Assembly (NCBI GenBank): GCA_951406725.2
Contig: OX597843.1
Location: forward strand, 5,828,001-5,892,000
Length of the DNA: 64,000 nt
Direction: 5' to 3'
Source: Octopus vulgaris
Taxonomy: Eukaryota
Part shown: positions 26,670-41,200 of the stretch, one piece after another
Numbering within the stretch: the first letter of the stretch is position 1
How the letters are laid out: the number at the start of each line of letters is the position of its first letter
Position numbers and translations under genes: made by a program
Notes under the pieces: generated by a model
What the model was told of the DNA's origin: nothing
The model's input: only the letters and a program-made list of their open reading frames with translations
Databases searched by the model: none

Positions 26670-28130
26670 TATTGAGAATCAACTAGTAAAAATGTGATCA
26701 GAGCCTGAAGCCCTCATACCAAAGTAATATTTTGATGACGTGCTGCTCCAGGGAGGGGCATCACAAGTATTTGAACCAAATGTCCCAGGTGAGGGACAGC
26801 TATATGAACATGGAATACAAAAGAAAATGATTGAGGTTTTGGGCAATTTAATGCTTAAGAAAACTCGGGCCCAAGAACAGCCATGGACTGTGAAAAGGTA
26901 GAAATACCTGACCCCACAAAACCTGTTTTTTCCCATTTTTCTTTACCCCATATTGAGAATCAACTAGTAAAAATGTAATCAGAGCCTGAACCCCACATAC
27001 TCCGATGATGTGCTGCTCCAGGGAGGGGCATCACAAGTATTTGAACCAAATGTCCCAGACGAGGACAGCTATATGAACATGGAAAACAGACAGCAAAAAA
27101 GGATTGAGGTTTTGGGCAGTTCAGCGCCTCTATAGAAATGCTTAAGAAGACCCAAGAAGGGTTGTGACCGTGAAAAGGTAATCTTACCTACCTGACCCCA
27201 AAAGCCTGTCTGTTTTTTTTTTCTCTCCTCTTTTTCTGTATCTGTCCCCCATATTAAGAATCAGTCCAAAATCCTCTTACTAAAGTATTACTCTGATAAT
27301 GTGCCGCTCACAGAAGCATTGCAAATATTCAAACCAAATGTCCCAGAGGAACACAGCTATATGGACATGAAACACAGACAGAAAAAAATGATTGGGGTTT
27401 TACTTAAGAAAACCCAGGCCCTAGAACAGTAGCAACTGTGAAAAGGTAAACCTACCTGACCCTACCAAAACACTTTCTGTTTTTTTCCTCTTCTTTACCC
27501 TATATTAAGAATCGGTTAATAAGAAATAATCTGAAATCCTTATACAAAAGCACATTTCTGAGAGGATTTGCTGCTTGCAGGTGAGAAATCACAAATACTT
27601 GAGCCAGGGGCCCCAGATGACGACAGCTACATGAACGTGAAAAAATAGTTGAAGTGCATCTATGAAAATGCTGAAGAAAATTTAAGCCATGAACTGTGAA
27701 AAGCTGCACCTACCTTACCCCTAAAAGCTCTCTGTGCTTTTATTTTTCTCTTCTTCTTTTCCGTATCTCTTTCCTCTTCTTAACCCCATGTTGAGAATCG
27801 GTTAGTAAGAAATAATCTGAAATCCTCGTACAGAAACAGTATTTCCGATAATGTGCTGCTCCTCGCGGGTAAGGCATCTCAGGTACTTGAGCCAAGCTGT
27901 ATGGACAGGAAAAAATGATTGGGGTTTTAGGGAGTTTTAGTGCCTATGGGAATACTTAAGAAAATTCAGGCCCATGAGAAGTTACAATCTTACATACCCC
28001 CCCTCATTTCTCTCTTCTTTGCCCCATTTTAAGAGTACTCAAAGCATCAAAGTCCTTATGCCGAAACCGGACCCAGGCAGCACCCTGCTCAAGGGCAAGG
28101 CATCAAACTGAAAGTCCCGGATGACCCCTT
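26670..28130 (+). repeat. 5-6 decayed tandem copies (~270 bp) of the CCCH gene's C-terminal coding region
   Basis: Copies retain most of the anchors 'ccaaatgtcccag', 'tatatgaacat', 'ggcccaagaa' and 'ctgtgaaaaggta' from 26330-26600, with indels and stops. Confidence 0.85.
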
Positions 28131-29039
28131 TCTCCCTCCTCTTCGTTTGTAGAAAATTCCAGAACCCATCAGTTGGTCTGTAACTAACTTCTGCCCAGGA
28201 GACAAGAAGTCTTTTTTACTGGCTCAGGTTCAAACTCACAAGGAACATAATAATAATAATCCTTTGTACTATAAGTACTAGGCCTGATGTGGTGATAGTC
28301 GATTACACTGACCCCAGTATGCAACTGGTACTTAATTTATTGACCCTGAAAGGTTGAAAGACAGAGGAAATGCCTCTAAGCATTTTGTCCAGCATACAAA
28401 CGATTCTGCCCAGTCGCCATAGTAACTGGTGGGGGACAAACACACACACATATATATATATACGACAGGCTTCTTTCAGTTTCCATCTACCAAATCCACT
28501 CACAAGACTTTGGTCGGCTCAGGGCTATAGAAGAAGACACGTGCCACGCAGTGGGACTGAACCCAGAAGAATGTAGTTGGGAAGCAAGCTACTTGCCACA
28601 CCCATGCCTGTAGGTATATATATATGTGTGTGTGTGCATCTGTGTTTGGTTTGTCCCCCACCACCATTTGACAACCAGTATTGCTTTGTTTACATCCTTG
28701 TGACTTATCAGTTTGGCTTGAGAGACTAACACAATTAGTACCAGGCACTGAGGTCGATTTTGTTTGACTAAAACCTTCGAGCTTAAAGACAAACAGACAG
28801 ATGGAAGGTTCTGGTTTGTTCGACCCCAATCCTGGGTCTGTCTTTGCAGTAATTCCTTCTGATCCTCTTGAAGGACATTAAAAAAAAAAAAAACAATAAG
28901 AAATTATAAAATGACAACTCAGGGGAACTTTTTTTTACCTACACATAATTACATCGTCATTAATAATAAACTGTTAATTACTTTACAGAGGAAACGGTTA
29001 ATGAAAAGCCATTAAAAAAAACAAAAACTGAAGAAGACG

Positions 29040-30060
29040 AAATATTGGGTTGAGACAAAAATTTTGCAAATTTAATTGTTTTATTCATCAAGTTACAAAG
29101 AAGAGCAGCCCAGCATTTAAAAGTAGGGGCCATTGGGTTGCACCGTCTGAAGCCAGTTTTCTGTCAGGTCTTTGACCCCATGATGTTACCAGTTCTTGTC
29201 CTTTGAGGGGAAGAACTCCTTCACTGAAGCTGCCATCTCCTCTTGGTTGAGGAAGCGATCCATGGATCTGAGCAAGTAATGATCCGAGGGAGCAAGGTCC
29301 GGACTATCTGCTGGATCACTTCGGTAATTACATTACCTTCTGCTGGAGCCGCGTGGAGCTTAGGTGTTTTGCTCACAAACATACACATCGCCCAGTCTGA
29401 GATTTGAACCCGCTGCTCTAATCACTAGGCCATGTGCCTCTACATTTCACACACATCACCCAGTCTGATATTCGAACCAGTGATACCTCGACCACAAGTC
29501 CGCTGCTCTAACCACTAGGCCATGTGCCTCCACTACCTGATTTGGTAGATGGAAACTGTACAGAAGCCTATTGTATATATGCTTCGATGCTCCATTCCAT
29601 TGTGTTGAGTCCAAAGTTTTGCTAATTTCTTTGAGACAAAGAACTCCTTCACTGAAGCTTCCACCTCCCCTTGGTTGATGGATCGTTGTGAGAGCAGAAA
29701 GTGATCCATGGATCGGAACAAGTAATGATCCAAGGGAGCAAGGTCCGGGCTATCTCCCGATGGTGCATTCTGTTGTTTTAAGTCAAAAGTTTTGGTAATT
29801 TGGTTAATTTACAACGAAAGCAGCTTCATCTGTGTTCACGATGCTTCATCAACCAAAAACTGAGATGGAAGTTTCGGTGAAGGAATTCTTTGCTTTGAAG
29901 GGCAAGAACTGTATCCAATATTGGATCAAAGGACTGACAGAAAGATGGGTTCAGACGGGGCAACACGATGACCAGTTCTTTGACTTCTAAGCTGCCATTG
30001 TTGTAAATTGACGAAGAAAGGAAATAAGTTTCAAAATATTAAGAAAGAACGAAACTCAGA
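29040..30060. pseudogene. Rearranged mariner transposase C-terminal relics (29090-29315 -, 29590-29765 -, 29860-29990 +)
   Basis: Minus strand SPDLAPSDHYLLRSM corresponds to the YSPDLAPxD motif. EASVKEFF is repeated in both orientations. Confidence 0.75.
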
Positions 30061-31559
30061 CAATTGTTGCTCATTCATTTTTCTCTTTCTTTCATTCTTT
30101 GAACCTTAATCTCTTTTAATCCATTTCGTTAAGTGTCCTTAAGTTTAAATAATTCTATTTAAAAAAACAAAATTATTTGAATTCTAAAAAATATGAACAC
30201 AATCAATAATTGAAATTATTGTTTTTTTTTTTTCCTTTTTATTAATTTTTAATTTATTAATTAAATTTTTGAAAAAAAATAATGAAAAGTGTTTGTGTTT
30301 TCTTTAATTTTAAAACAGCTAAATCCAAACAAAATGGCCCTTAGGGTTCAGTCCCACTGCAGACAGCCTCTTCTATCATAGCCCTGGGCTGAACAAAACT
30401 ATTCCACCTGATTTGGTTGTTTGTTCCTTCTATAACCATGCCTGGCTCATTAGGGCCGGTTTCCTTGGCGTATAGGTTCTCCACCTGGACAAGACGCCGG
30501 TCCGTCACAGGTGAGCTGCAAGATGCAGGAGGAAAGAGTGAGAGAAAGTTGTGGCGAAAGAGTCAGCAGAAATTTGCCATTACCGTGTGGAGCTTAGGTG
30601 TTTCGCTCATAAACACACACATCGCCCAGTCTGAGATTTGAACCTGCTGCTCTAACCACTAGGCCATGTGCCTCTACATTTCACTCATAAACACACACAT
30701 CAAACAGTCTGATATTCGAACCCGTGATACCTCGACCACTGCTCTAACCACTAGGCCATGTGCCTCCACTACCTGATTTGGTAGATGGAAACTGTACTGA
30801 AGCCTGTTGTATATATGCTTGTGTGTGTTTTGTTTCCTTCACTTCATCTCTGTCATACAAGCAGTGTCATTCATTTTCAAGTCTTCTGTGATAAACGTGT
30901 CTGGCCGTAGCAGAAATATTCCCCTGCTCGGAAAGAAAGTGGAGATGGCAGGAGCAGGAAGGGCATGGAACTGTATAAAAATCTAAATCTGCTTCAACCG
31001 ATTACATCTGACCCATACAAGCATGGAAAAGTGGATGACAAGGATAATCTCTCTCTATATAAAGCTGAAGTTGTCTGTGTATGGCAGGTTTGGTAGCTTT
31101 CAACTAACACTATCTCCTCAGAGACCAATGCGAAGCAAGTTGACCAAAATTGAGAGTATGATAGAAGAAGGCTTGCTCTTCATTCCGTAGAAGATAAAAT
31201 TCAAATCGGACCATGTTAACAACAAAAATTATTTACATCAAAAAGGTGCTTTTTTTTTCTATGAAAATCCCTATTTTTTACAATTTTTTTACTGCTTTGT
31301 CACCATTTTTCGGTGTATTTCAACCAGAAAAATGTTCACTTAAAGAGAATAACAAGCTACATAATGCAAATTTCAATTCTAAAGGGTCGAAACGAACCCA
31401 AGCAACGCCGGGCTATACTGCTAGTATATATATATACATACATGCTAGGAAGGGCATGCAGCCATAGAAACCATTTCACAACAGACAGTTGAAGTCTGGA
31501 CTGCTCCATATCAAACCGTCCAACATGGAAAGCAGATGTTCAACGGTGAAGATATTTTA

Positions 31560-32560
31560 TGAGACAACTTATTGAGAGCCACAGACCAGAATTGTGACTG
31601 GTGCAAAGTGCCACCCAGACCTAGGGTGAGGTGGCAGGGGAACAGTGTAGTTGACAGGGCCACTAGAGCGAAGAAGAAAGACTGGGAGAGTGATTTCTTT
31701 TTATTTCCCATAAGGGGACGACATAGATAAGGGACAATGCAATCTGATTGGGGTCAGATGGATATAACATAAAGATGACATTAAAAATTCACAAAAATAT
31801 AAATAAATCGAATGATAGGACAGACGGAAAGACATCACGAATGGAGTGGGGATGCGGGTTCAATTCAGACCCCGCCTCGCCACTGATACATCCTGTGTCG
31901 CATTCACTCGCAACATCCATGCTACATTCTTCCATCGATTCTCAAACATTTTCTCTCCAACCCTTTTTTCCTTTTAAGGTGAAATAATTCACCGATTCAG
32001 GGCCGGAGATGAAAGTGCCTGACTTTAATCCTTCCAGCCCCGTCTTCCAAATCCCCTAACTCACAATTGCTACTACAATGAGAAAACAAGTCTTACCTTC
32101 TTTCAAAATAGACTCAGGTGGGTCAGTTTTTACTCTGGACTCTTCCTGCACTTGACAACAGTTGTCCGGCATAAACCCACACGTCTGACACCTCTGAATA
32201 CTGAACAATTGCGTGCGGGATGGTTTCCCTATCCTGCTCACATCTTGGACAGGTCAAAGGACCGCTGCCTCCATGGAACAGTGGTGTTGGTAGCAAGGTC
32301 GCCAGGAGGCAGGTATACTCAACCAGCTGTAAAGCAGAAAGGAAGACATTTGCCAATGTTCTGTGACATGAAGAGTTTCAGCTTGCAAGACAGGGAAAGA
32401 AGTGTGATCGCATGGATGAAGGTTCACTCTGCTAAGAAAGAGGTTTGGAAGTGCCTCTATGAAGGGCAAGTAAATGTGGAGAAGGAGAGTCTGCCCATGA
32501 TGGAGCCGACATAGAGACAAGCCAGTTGAATGGACCGTAGCTTGGTAGATAAAGCCATGA
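31560..32560 (-). pseudogene. L1/Tx1-like LINE 3' fragment
   Basis: CPRCEQDRETIPHAIVQ is a degenerate CCHC zinc knuckle typical of L1/Tx1 ORF2. Confidence 0.55.
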
Positions 32561-35500
32561 AGACGGGGAAAAGGCAGCGAACTGGCAGAAACGTTAGCGC
32601 ACCGGGTGAAATGCTGAGCAGTATTTCAGCTGCTGTTACATTCGGAGTTTAAATTCTGCCAAGGTCGATATAATCGACTTGTTTGTCCTCTTTGTGTAAC
32701 TGGTACTTGTTGAATCGACCCCGAAAGGATGGAAGGTAAAGTGGACCTCAGTGGAATTTGAACTCAGAACGTAACGGCAGAGCATTTCGTCCGGCATGCT
32801 AACGTTTCTGCCACAAAAACCACTGCACACTTCTATGCAAGGATTTTTGTATTTTTTTCATAAACTAGGGGATCGCTACTAACATTAAGGATTATATAAT
32901 GTACAAGTATGAATAAAGATAAAAATGATTCATTATATTTAATGTTATCGAGTGGAACCAGGGTGTGCTGCAGTTCTGCACGACCTATACAACATTGTCT
33001 ATGTCCAGCCCACAGCTTCCCTTCTATGTAAGGCCTTTATGGCCAATATAATGAATAAAGAAGACACTCGCCTAAGGTGCCACATAGTGGGACTGAACCT
33101 GGAACCATACATCCAAAACAATTACAAAGAATATGTAGACAGGACGCCTGAAAATTAATATATTGATAGCAGACTTAATTAGAATAATGAACAATGTGTC
33201 CCCTCTATATGAACCCTATGAAATGGAAAAAACATATACAGAACTTCATACACCACATGCAGTTCTCTGGCTATGATCAGAAAGATAGGGTTCGGGTATA
33301 TAGGGGGGGAAGGGGGCTAGAAAGAAATTAGATAACATTATTCGTAATGATACCAGTGGTACCTGCCCTAGATATAGAAACAAAGAATGGAATAGGATAC
33401 ATATATATAAATAGTTGAAACACTCCTGTCACAACCTGGGGCCTTGAAGACTGCTTAAATGCAAGAATATATACTAGTCCCTTAATATTTGATACTCAAT
33501 AATTCATCTATTCAATAAGACAATCAATACTTCATTTCATTTTACTATTTATATATTAGAAGAAATGAGGTGATCAGAAGATCGGATAGTTTATATTTAC
33601 AGACATTTATTTATATATATATCATATAACTTAGATCTTGTATTAGCGCTTTCTCCCATTCTAGTGGGGTTTTCAAATCAAACTAAGTTCCTGTGTGAGG
33701 AGTTTTGACCATTTTATAGTGGTGGGGAGGAATATAAGACAGTACAAGAGGGTGATGGATGAGGAGAGAGAGATAGAACATGTGTGTGTTTTTGTATCTG
33801 GAATAAGAGTGCTAAAGAAAAAATGTAATATACAAATAAATATAAAACCATCCGATCTTCTGATTACCTCATTTCTTCTAATATAAAATACCTGTACATC
33901 AACTCCAAACCTTCCAGTATATATATATATTCTACATTAATATTATAAAGAATATAAATAAAACAGAGTTGGAATATCTTCGAATAATATATAAACATTC
34001 AGCTGAATCGTATATATATGTCAAGGGGGAAGAAAGCAGTCATCGGATGTGGTTGCAGGGGAATAACTCTAAAAGTTCCAGATTTTGCTAATTAAACCCA
34101 CGCACCAGACATTTGCTGGTCACTTCAGCTTTTATCGTTACGGTGGTTTTCAATTCATTCGTGACCCCTTCAACGACTCTTTATCCCACGTATGATTAAA
34201 AAACAAATTAACAATCCTTTCTACTAAAGGCCTGAAATTCGTGGGGAGGGCAATTGTTGATTCCACCGACCCCGAATGGATGAAAGGCAAAGTCGACGGA
34301 ATTTGAAGAAAGAAATTAAAGTAATTACAATATAGCTGAAGTGAAGATCAAATGTACACTGCGTGTGTTTAATGGGTTAATTGGCCAAATGTGACCATCC
34401 CCGTGGAAAGCAGACATTCATTAAAGGATCGTTAATTAATTAACACGCGTCAGTTTCGTTTCCTCATAACGTCCAGAAAAATGAGTATTTGTCAGGAAAC
34501 AGAACATTTTCTGAGTGTGTAGAATACGATCCTTCGGTATAAGTACACACGTGAATTTGTTTACATTTCCGAAGATAACAGAAAACCTTTTCTTCCACCC
34601 TATATATAGATAGAATTCTTCAAACTGTATAAAAATGCTTATTGTCTTCATTCGAAAGAGAAATAAATTCTAAATAAAAGGTGTGAACGATAGAAACAAT
34701 TTTTTATGGTATTAGAACTTTTAATATTTACTAATTAATTAATAACAATTTAAAACCCAATAGAAAAATTATATTACATACGTATAAGAGTGAAGGACAA
34801 CCATCAACTCTTTTACTTTGTAAGACATTATCTTATTTTCGCGCCATACCAACTCATTTGCATACGGGACTGCGCGCGGGCGCACAGTGGTCGATAAACC
34901 GGGTCAAACAACTAGGTCAAATGCAAAACTGATTGAAAAGGCGGCAGGTTTGCCAATTAGTGCGCCGAAAGAAATACTTAGATGTACTCAGACCGAGCGA
35001 CTATCCGGGGGAAACGAACCCCCAGACCGTCGCGTCGGACGAAGTACACCTAAGCATTTCGTCCGACGCTCTAACATCCCAGCCACCTGTCGCCATGAAA
35101 AAACATTGTAAAAATAACTTATTTAATTTAAAAAGAAAAAAAGAAGAAAAATTCAAGGTTGTCTTTCGTTGCTTTTAGACATTCTACCATTATTCCCACA
35201 ACATTCTTTAACTTTTTCTCTCAAAATGGCTTTTTGTCTTCAACCCAGTTTTGCTTTCACTTCTATTCAAAGCAGAATGCTTTTGCATCCACACTTTCCT
35301 AAAAACCACACATGTATAATATAAATATATACATACCTACGTAAATATGTATATGCTACAGGATATCTTCTAGTTAACCAAACACTTTTAAACTTGCTAT
35401 ACTGGTAGAATATGTTTATAAAACATCATTTTCTCTTGGCTTTATTGAGAAAATTCTATAGTTTGTAAGATATTTCGTCTTTAATTTCGAGCATTTCGCC

Positions 35501-35767
35501 AATTTTAACCATTACGTCTATTTAGGTAAATAACATTCTGAATATGTCCCTCGTTTACGAAACAGATTCGGTTTATTTAGATTTGTGAAGAAAAAAGATA
35601 TCCTAAAACAGATTGAAATGCAATAGATCGATTCAATAAAAACGATATGTGTTAGTGTAGACTTACCCAACGATATATTCTTTTCACATTGAATTCCGGT
35701 AATTTGTAGAAATGTCTGGGAAGTGAACAGTGTACGAGTCAGATAGATGCTTGCTTGTGTACAGAGA

Positions 35768-36620
35768 AGATCAGGTGTAGTGTTGGCGAATCTCAGGAAG
35801 TCTTCAAGGATGCACTGCTCCGACAACTAACAACTGATGCTGGCAGTTTGTTCCATACTTCAGCAACTCTCAGCGTGAAAAAATGTTTCCTGAAGTCATG
35901 GGAGCTGTGCTGTTTTCTGACTTTGTAAACATGTCCACAGGGTGGAGTTTGAAAAGGTGCTCAGAGTTATTGTTTGTAAGATGGTTAATAATTTTATGGG
36001 TGTCTGCCAAGTCAGCTGCCAGACGTCGGAGTTTCAATGTGTCCATGCCCAGGGAAGAAGTAAGGTGTTCAAGATATGGCAAATGCCTGATGGAGGGTAT
36101 TCTTTTGGTTGCACGTCGCTGAACAAGATCAGGTGTAGTGTTGGCGAATCTTAGGAAGCATGGAAGTTTTCAAGGATGCAGTGCTCCGACAACTAACAAC
36201 CGATGCCGGCAGTTTGTTCCATGCTTCAGCGTGTGTATGGAGGGGACATCAGGTGTAGTGTTGGCGAATCTTAGGAAGCATGGAAGTTTTCAAGGATGCA
36301 GTGCTCCGACAACCAACAACTGATGCCGGCAGTTTGTTCCATGCTTCAGCAACTTTCAGCGTGAAAAAATGTTTCCGAAAGTCATGGAAGGAGCTGTGCT
36401 GTTTTCCGACTTATATTTTGTGAGGATGTCCTGGAGTGTCCGACAGACGGAATTGGAAAAGGTTTCCCCAGGTTGTGGATAATCTTGTGGGAGTTTACCA
36501 ATTCAGTTGCCAAATGTTGGAGCTTTAACATGTCCAGGCCCCGGAAAGCAAGGCCTTCAGAGTAAGGTGGTTGCCTGCTGCTGGGGATTCGCCTGGCTGC
36601 ACCTTTCTCAACGGTTTCCA
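35768..36620 (-). pseudogene. CR1/L2-like LINE 3' fragments, partly tandem-duplicated
   Basis: RRATKRIPSIRHLPY..LKLRRLAADL..KIINHL and RKHFFTLRVAEVWNKLP resemble a CR1 ORF2 C-terminus. Confidence 0.75.
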
Positions 36621-37177
36621 AGAAGATTGATTTTCGTACTACTTAAGAACAGTGGTCCCGGTGCGCCCACACGCGTAGGGGCGCATCGGCGCTCCTAGTC
36701 GATCCTTACTTTGCTAGTCGTTGTAGGATCGACTAGTCACGACTAGCTAGCGCGAGCACCGGGACCATTCTTCTTAACTAGTGCCCTGACATATTCTCCC
36801 CTCTATACACACGCAAGCATGTATCTCACCCATGCACTGTTCACTTCCCATTGAGGCATCAGCTATAGACGTCCCTTTGACCAGTCGAGGGGCCACCTGA
36901 GCCCTGCAGACAAGAATCTCAGGAGATTCAATCAATAAAAATTAGAATGCAGGGGAGATAACTCCTGCTGAACTGTTAACCAGAAGAATTGGCGACTTTG
37001 GAGTTTAAGCTTCTGGGATGGAGAAAGGGTATTACGGGTGGAAGGGAATGATAAATGGGGGTAATAGATGTTTGGTTAAGAAGTCTGTGTTACGATGAGG
37101 TTCTGGGTTCAATTCCGATAAGTGACACACTTCAGACATTTGTTGTTTTAGGCGTAAGGTTACCTGCAGCCTATATA

Positions 37178-37501
37178 TTCTTTTACTTGTTTCAGTCATT
37201 TGACTGCGGCCATGCTGGAGCACCGCCTTTAATCGAGCAACTCGACCCCGGGACTTATTCTTTTGGAAGCCCAGTACTTATTCTATCGGCCTCTTTTGCC
37301 GAACCGCTAAGTAACGGGGACATAAACACACCAGCATCGGTTGCCAAGCAATGCTAGGGGGACAAACACAGACACGCATATATATATATATACGACGGGC
37401 TTCTTTCAGTTTCCGTCCACCAAATCCACTTACAAGGCTTTGGTCGGCCCGAACCATGTGGTTGGTAAGCAAGCTACTTACCACACAGCCACTCCTGCGC
37501 C
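37178..37501 (-). mobile_element. SINE family A copy with an internal deletion
   Basis: Reverse complement of the family A consensus. Confidence 0.8.
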
Positions 37502-37539
37502 TATATATATATATAATAGGCAGAATCCTCACCCTACTT

Positions 37540-37826
37540 CAAATTAGTGAGTGATCTGTGTCACAATCCGTGCTGCGGGTCAGTTGCACAGAATTCAGAA
37601 AGGATCTCCGTGTAATGATGAGATCCAGCTGATGCCAGTGGTGAGATCTTGGATGTCTCCAAGATGGCTTGTTGGCAAAGAATATGTTTGTGATGCACAG
37701 GTTATGGTATGCGCAAAATTGAAGTAGTCTCTGACCATTGTCATTCATGTTGCCAATACCAAAGTGTCCAACACAAATGGGCCACGTATCATGGTCAGAT
37801 CCCACGCAAGCGTTAAACTCCCCTAG
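37540..37826 (-). pseudogene. RTE-clade LINE AP-endonuclease fragment
   Basis: LGEFNACVG..GIGNMNDNGQRLLQFC..SWRHPRSHHWHQLDLII..CDTDHSLI. Confidence 0.85.
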
Positions 37827-38369
37827 AAGGTAGAGCAGTATAGCCTGGCGTTGATCAGGTTTGTTTCGACCCTTTAGAATTGGAATTTTTGAAAAGTAAA
37901 AATTTGGCATTATGTAGCTTGTTATTCTCTTTAAGTGAACATTTTTCTGGTTGAAATACACCGAAAAATGGCGACACAGCAGTAAAAAATAGGGATTTTC
38001 ATAGAAAAAAAGCACCTTTTTGATGTAAATAATTTTTGGTGTTAACATGGTCCGATTTGAATTTTGTCTTCTACAGAAGGAAGAGCAAGCCTTCTTCTAT
38101 CATACTCTCAATTTTGGTCAACTTGCACCGTAGGGTCTCGGAGGAGATAGTGTTAGTTGAAGGCTACCAAACCTGCCATACACAGACAACTTCAGCTTTA
38201 TATATATAAATACAGTGTCAGCTCAAGGTACCAACAACTCGGACAGTCACCTAGGATGCAATGTGCTAGGGGTCGCTAAGAAGGGCATGACAAAGACAAG
38301 GAAATTTGTTAAGCTTGCCTGGGACTCCAGCAACCTTAAGGCCGGCCCTGTATATATATTATGATACGT

Positions 38370-38622
38370 AATAGTGTTGAGAAGACCCAAAGGTGTCAGG
38401 TAATGCTGAGTAAGTGCTATGGACAGCCTATAGTTAAGCTCCAGGTTCGGTGATTATGCGAATGAGGAGTCCAACGTAGGTCATATATCAGCAGGTGTAT
38501 ATATAAGAAAATAAACAGGATGAGATAAAAATCCAAGGCTGTGAAAGGTTCCAGAACATTTATAAAGAGAAGGTCTTACAGCTGTTTCCGGGATATTTTA
38601 TATATCACTTCATCGGAGATGG
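38370..38622 (-). mobile_element. Penelope-like terminal-repeat fragment with a degenerate hammerhead (38574-38619). A related body lies at ~11845-11995
   Basis: Minus strand reads UCU-CCGAUGA-stem II-GAAAC-AGCU-GUA-AGA (U4>C change). The segment 'gacccaaaggtgtcaggtaatgctg' is shared with ~11856. Confidence 0.55.
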
Positions 38623-38849
38623 TGTGAGAGAATGGCTATATATAAATATATATATATATACATTGTTGTATTCAGTGATTGTTTTTTTATTTCTTTTGCC
38701 AAATAGACTATATACATGTAGAGGTAGGTACATACATATATGTATGTATATATTTTATTTATTTATTAATTTTATATATATATGCATACATATATATATA
38801 TATATACATAAATAAATGCAGATAGATAGATTGATGTGTATGTACGAAG

Positions 38850-39372
38850 ACCATGCTGTACGTGAGAAGACCAGGCAGGACAAGTGAGCCCAGCCCACTT
38901 ATGAATGCCTTTCCTCCCTTGGACACAAAGACCTGTTGAGGCAAGCAAAGTCGATATAGAACCTCATCCGACGACAGGCACCCATGCCAACCCCCTTTGC
39001 TTGCGAAGACATCTTGGGGCAAGCGAAATCGAATTGAACCAGCCAGGATCCCTGGTCTGGTGGTACGTAAAAAGCACTATCCGACTCGTGGCCGATGCCA
39101 GTGCCGCCTCGACTGGCTTCCGTGCCGGTGGCACATAAAATACACCAATCCGACCGTGGCCGTTGCCAGCCTCGCCTGGCACCTGTGCAGGTGGCACGTA
39201 AAAAGCACCCACTACACTCACGGAGTGGTTGGCGTTAGGAAGGGCATCCAGCTGTAGAAACACTGCCAGATCAGATTGGAGTTTGGTGCAGCCTTCTGGC
39301 TTCCCAGATCCCCAGTCGAACCGTCCAACCCATGCTAGCATGGAGAACGGACGTTAAACGATGATGATGATG
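38850..39372 (+). mobile_element. Family D non-autonomous retroelement with RTE-like (GAT)n tail. Others at 10447-10830, 11143-11300(-), 12825-13192, 45810-46033, 49960-50620, 51487-51690(-)
   Basis: Shared 'ggttggcgttaggaagggcatccagctgtagaaa' and 3' end 'gcatggaaagcggacgttaaacgatgatgatga'. Confidence 0.7.
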
Positions 39373-40104
39373 AGAGAGAGAGAGACAGGCAGGTAGATAT
39401 GTGCGAATGAAGATAGATAGATAATACAGACACACAGACAGACAGATAGGTAGAGAGAGAGAGAAGGATAACAAGATAAATAAATAGATAGAATTCTTCG
39501 GGGTGGTGCCCCAGCATGGCCACAGTCTGATGATTGAAACAAGTAAGAAGATATAAAGAAAAGAAATTGCGAAAAACAAAAAAAGAAAATGAAAGAAAAA
39601 CAAAAACAAAAGAAACTGAACCAAAATCTTTTTGATTGATTTATTGATTTCAAAGATCAGCCCTCTTGGAGTCGTACAGGTAGACATGCAAGATTTACTC
39701 TTTGAAATTGGTAAAACAAAAGACTAAAGAAGAAACGGTAAACAGTAAACAAAATTCTGCTGACAAAAAAAATGGTAAAAACGGCAGCCACCATTTTGAA
39801 CCGAGGTTTTCTCGGTCCATAAGTGACCTTCACCCAGGGCCAGCATTTCTTTAAAGAAGAAATTAATTTAGAGAAAAAAAAATTGGAAAAGACAAAGGTA
39901 ACAAAATAAAACAAAGAAAATTAAACAGAAAAATAATTGAAAGAAAAAAAATAAATATAAGATGGCAAAAAAAAAAATTTTGGAAAAAAAGTGAGAAAAT
40001 AGAAATTCCTACTTTTAAATCAAACGGAAGCTATATTAAGGTTCTTGCGAGCTTCTATACATTGTAACTAGATTGTGTTACTCTTTAAGTGGTACTATTG
40101 AACA

Positions 40105-41200
<1,096 letters not shown>

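Noticed and set aside
39780-39800. YY1-like CAAAATGGTGGC on the minus strand as a gene start
   Set aside because: Imperfect motif, with no supporting exon or credible ORF.
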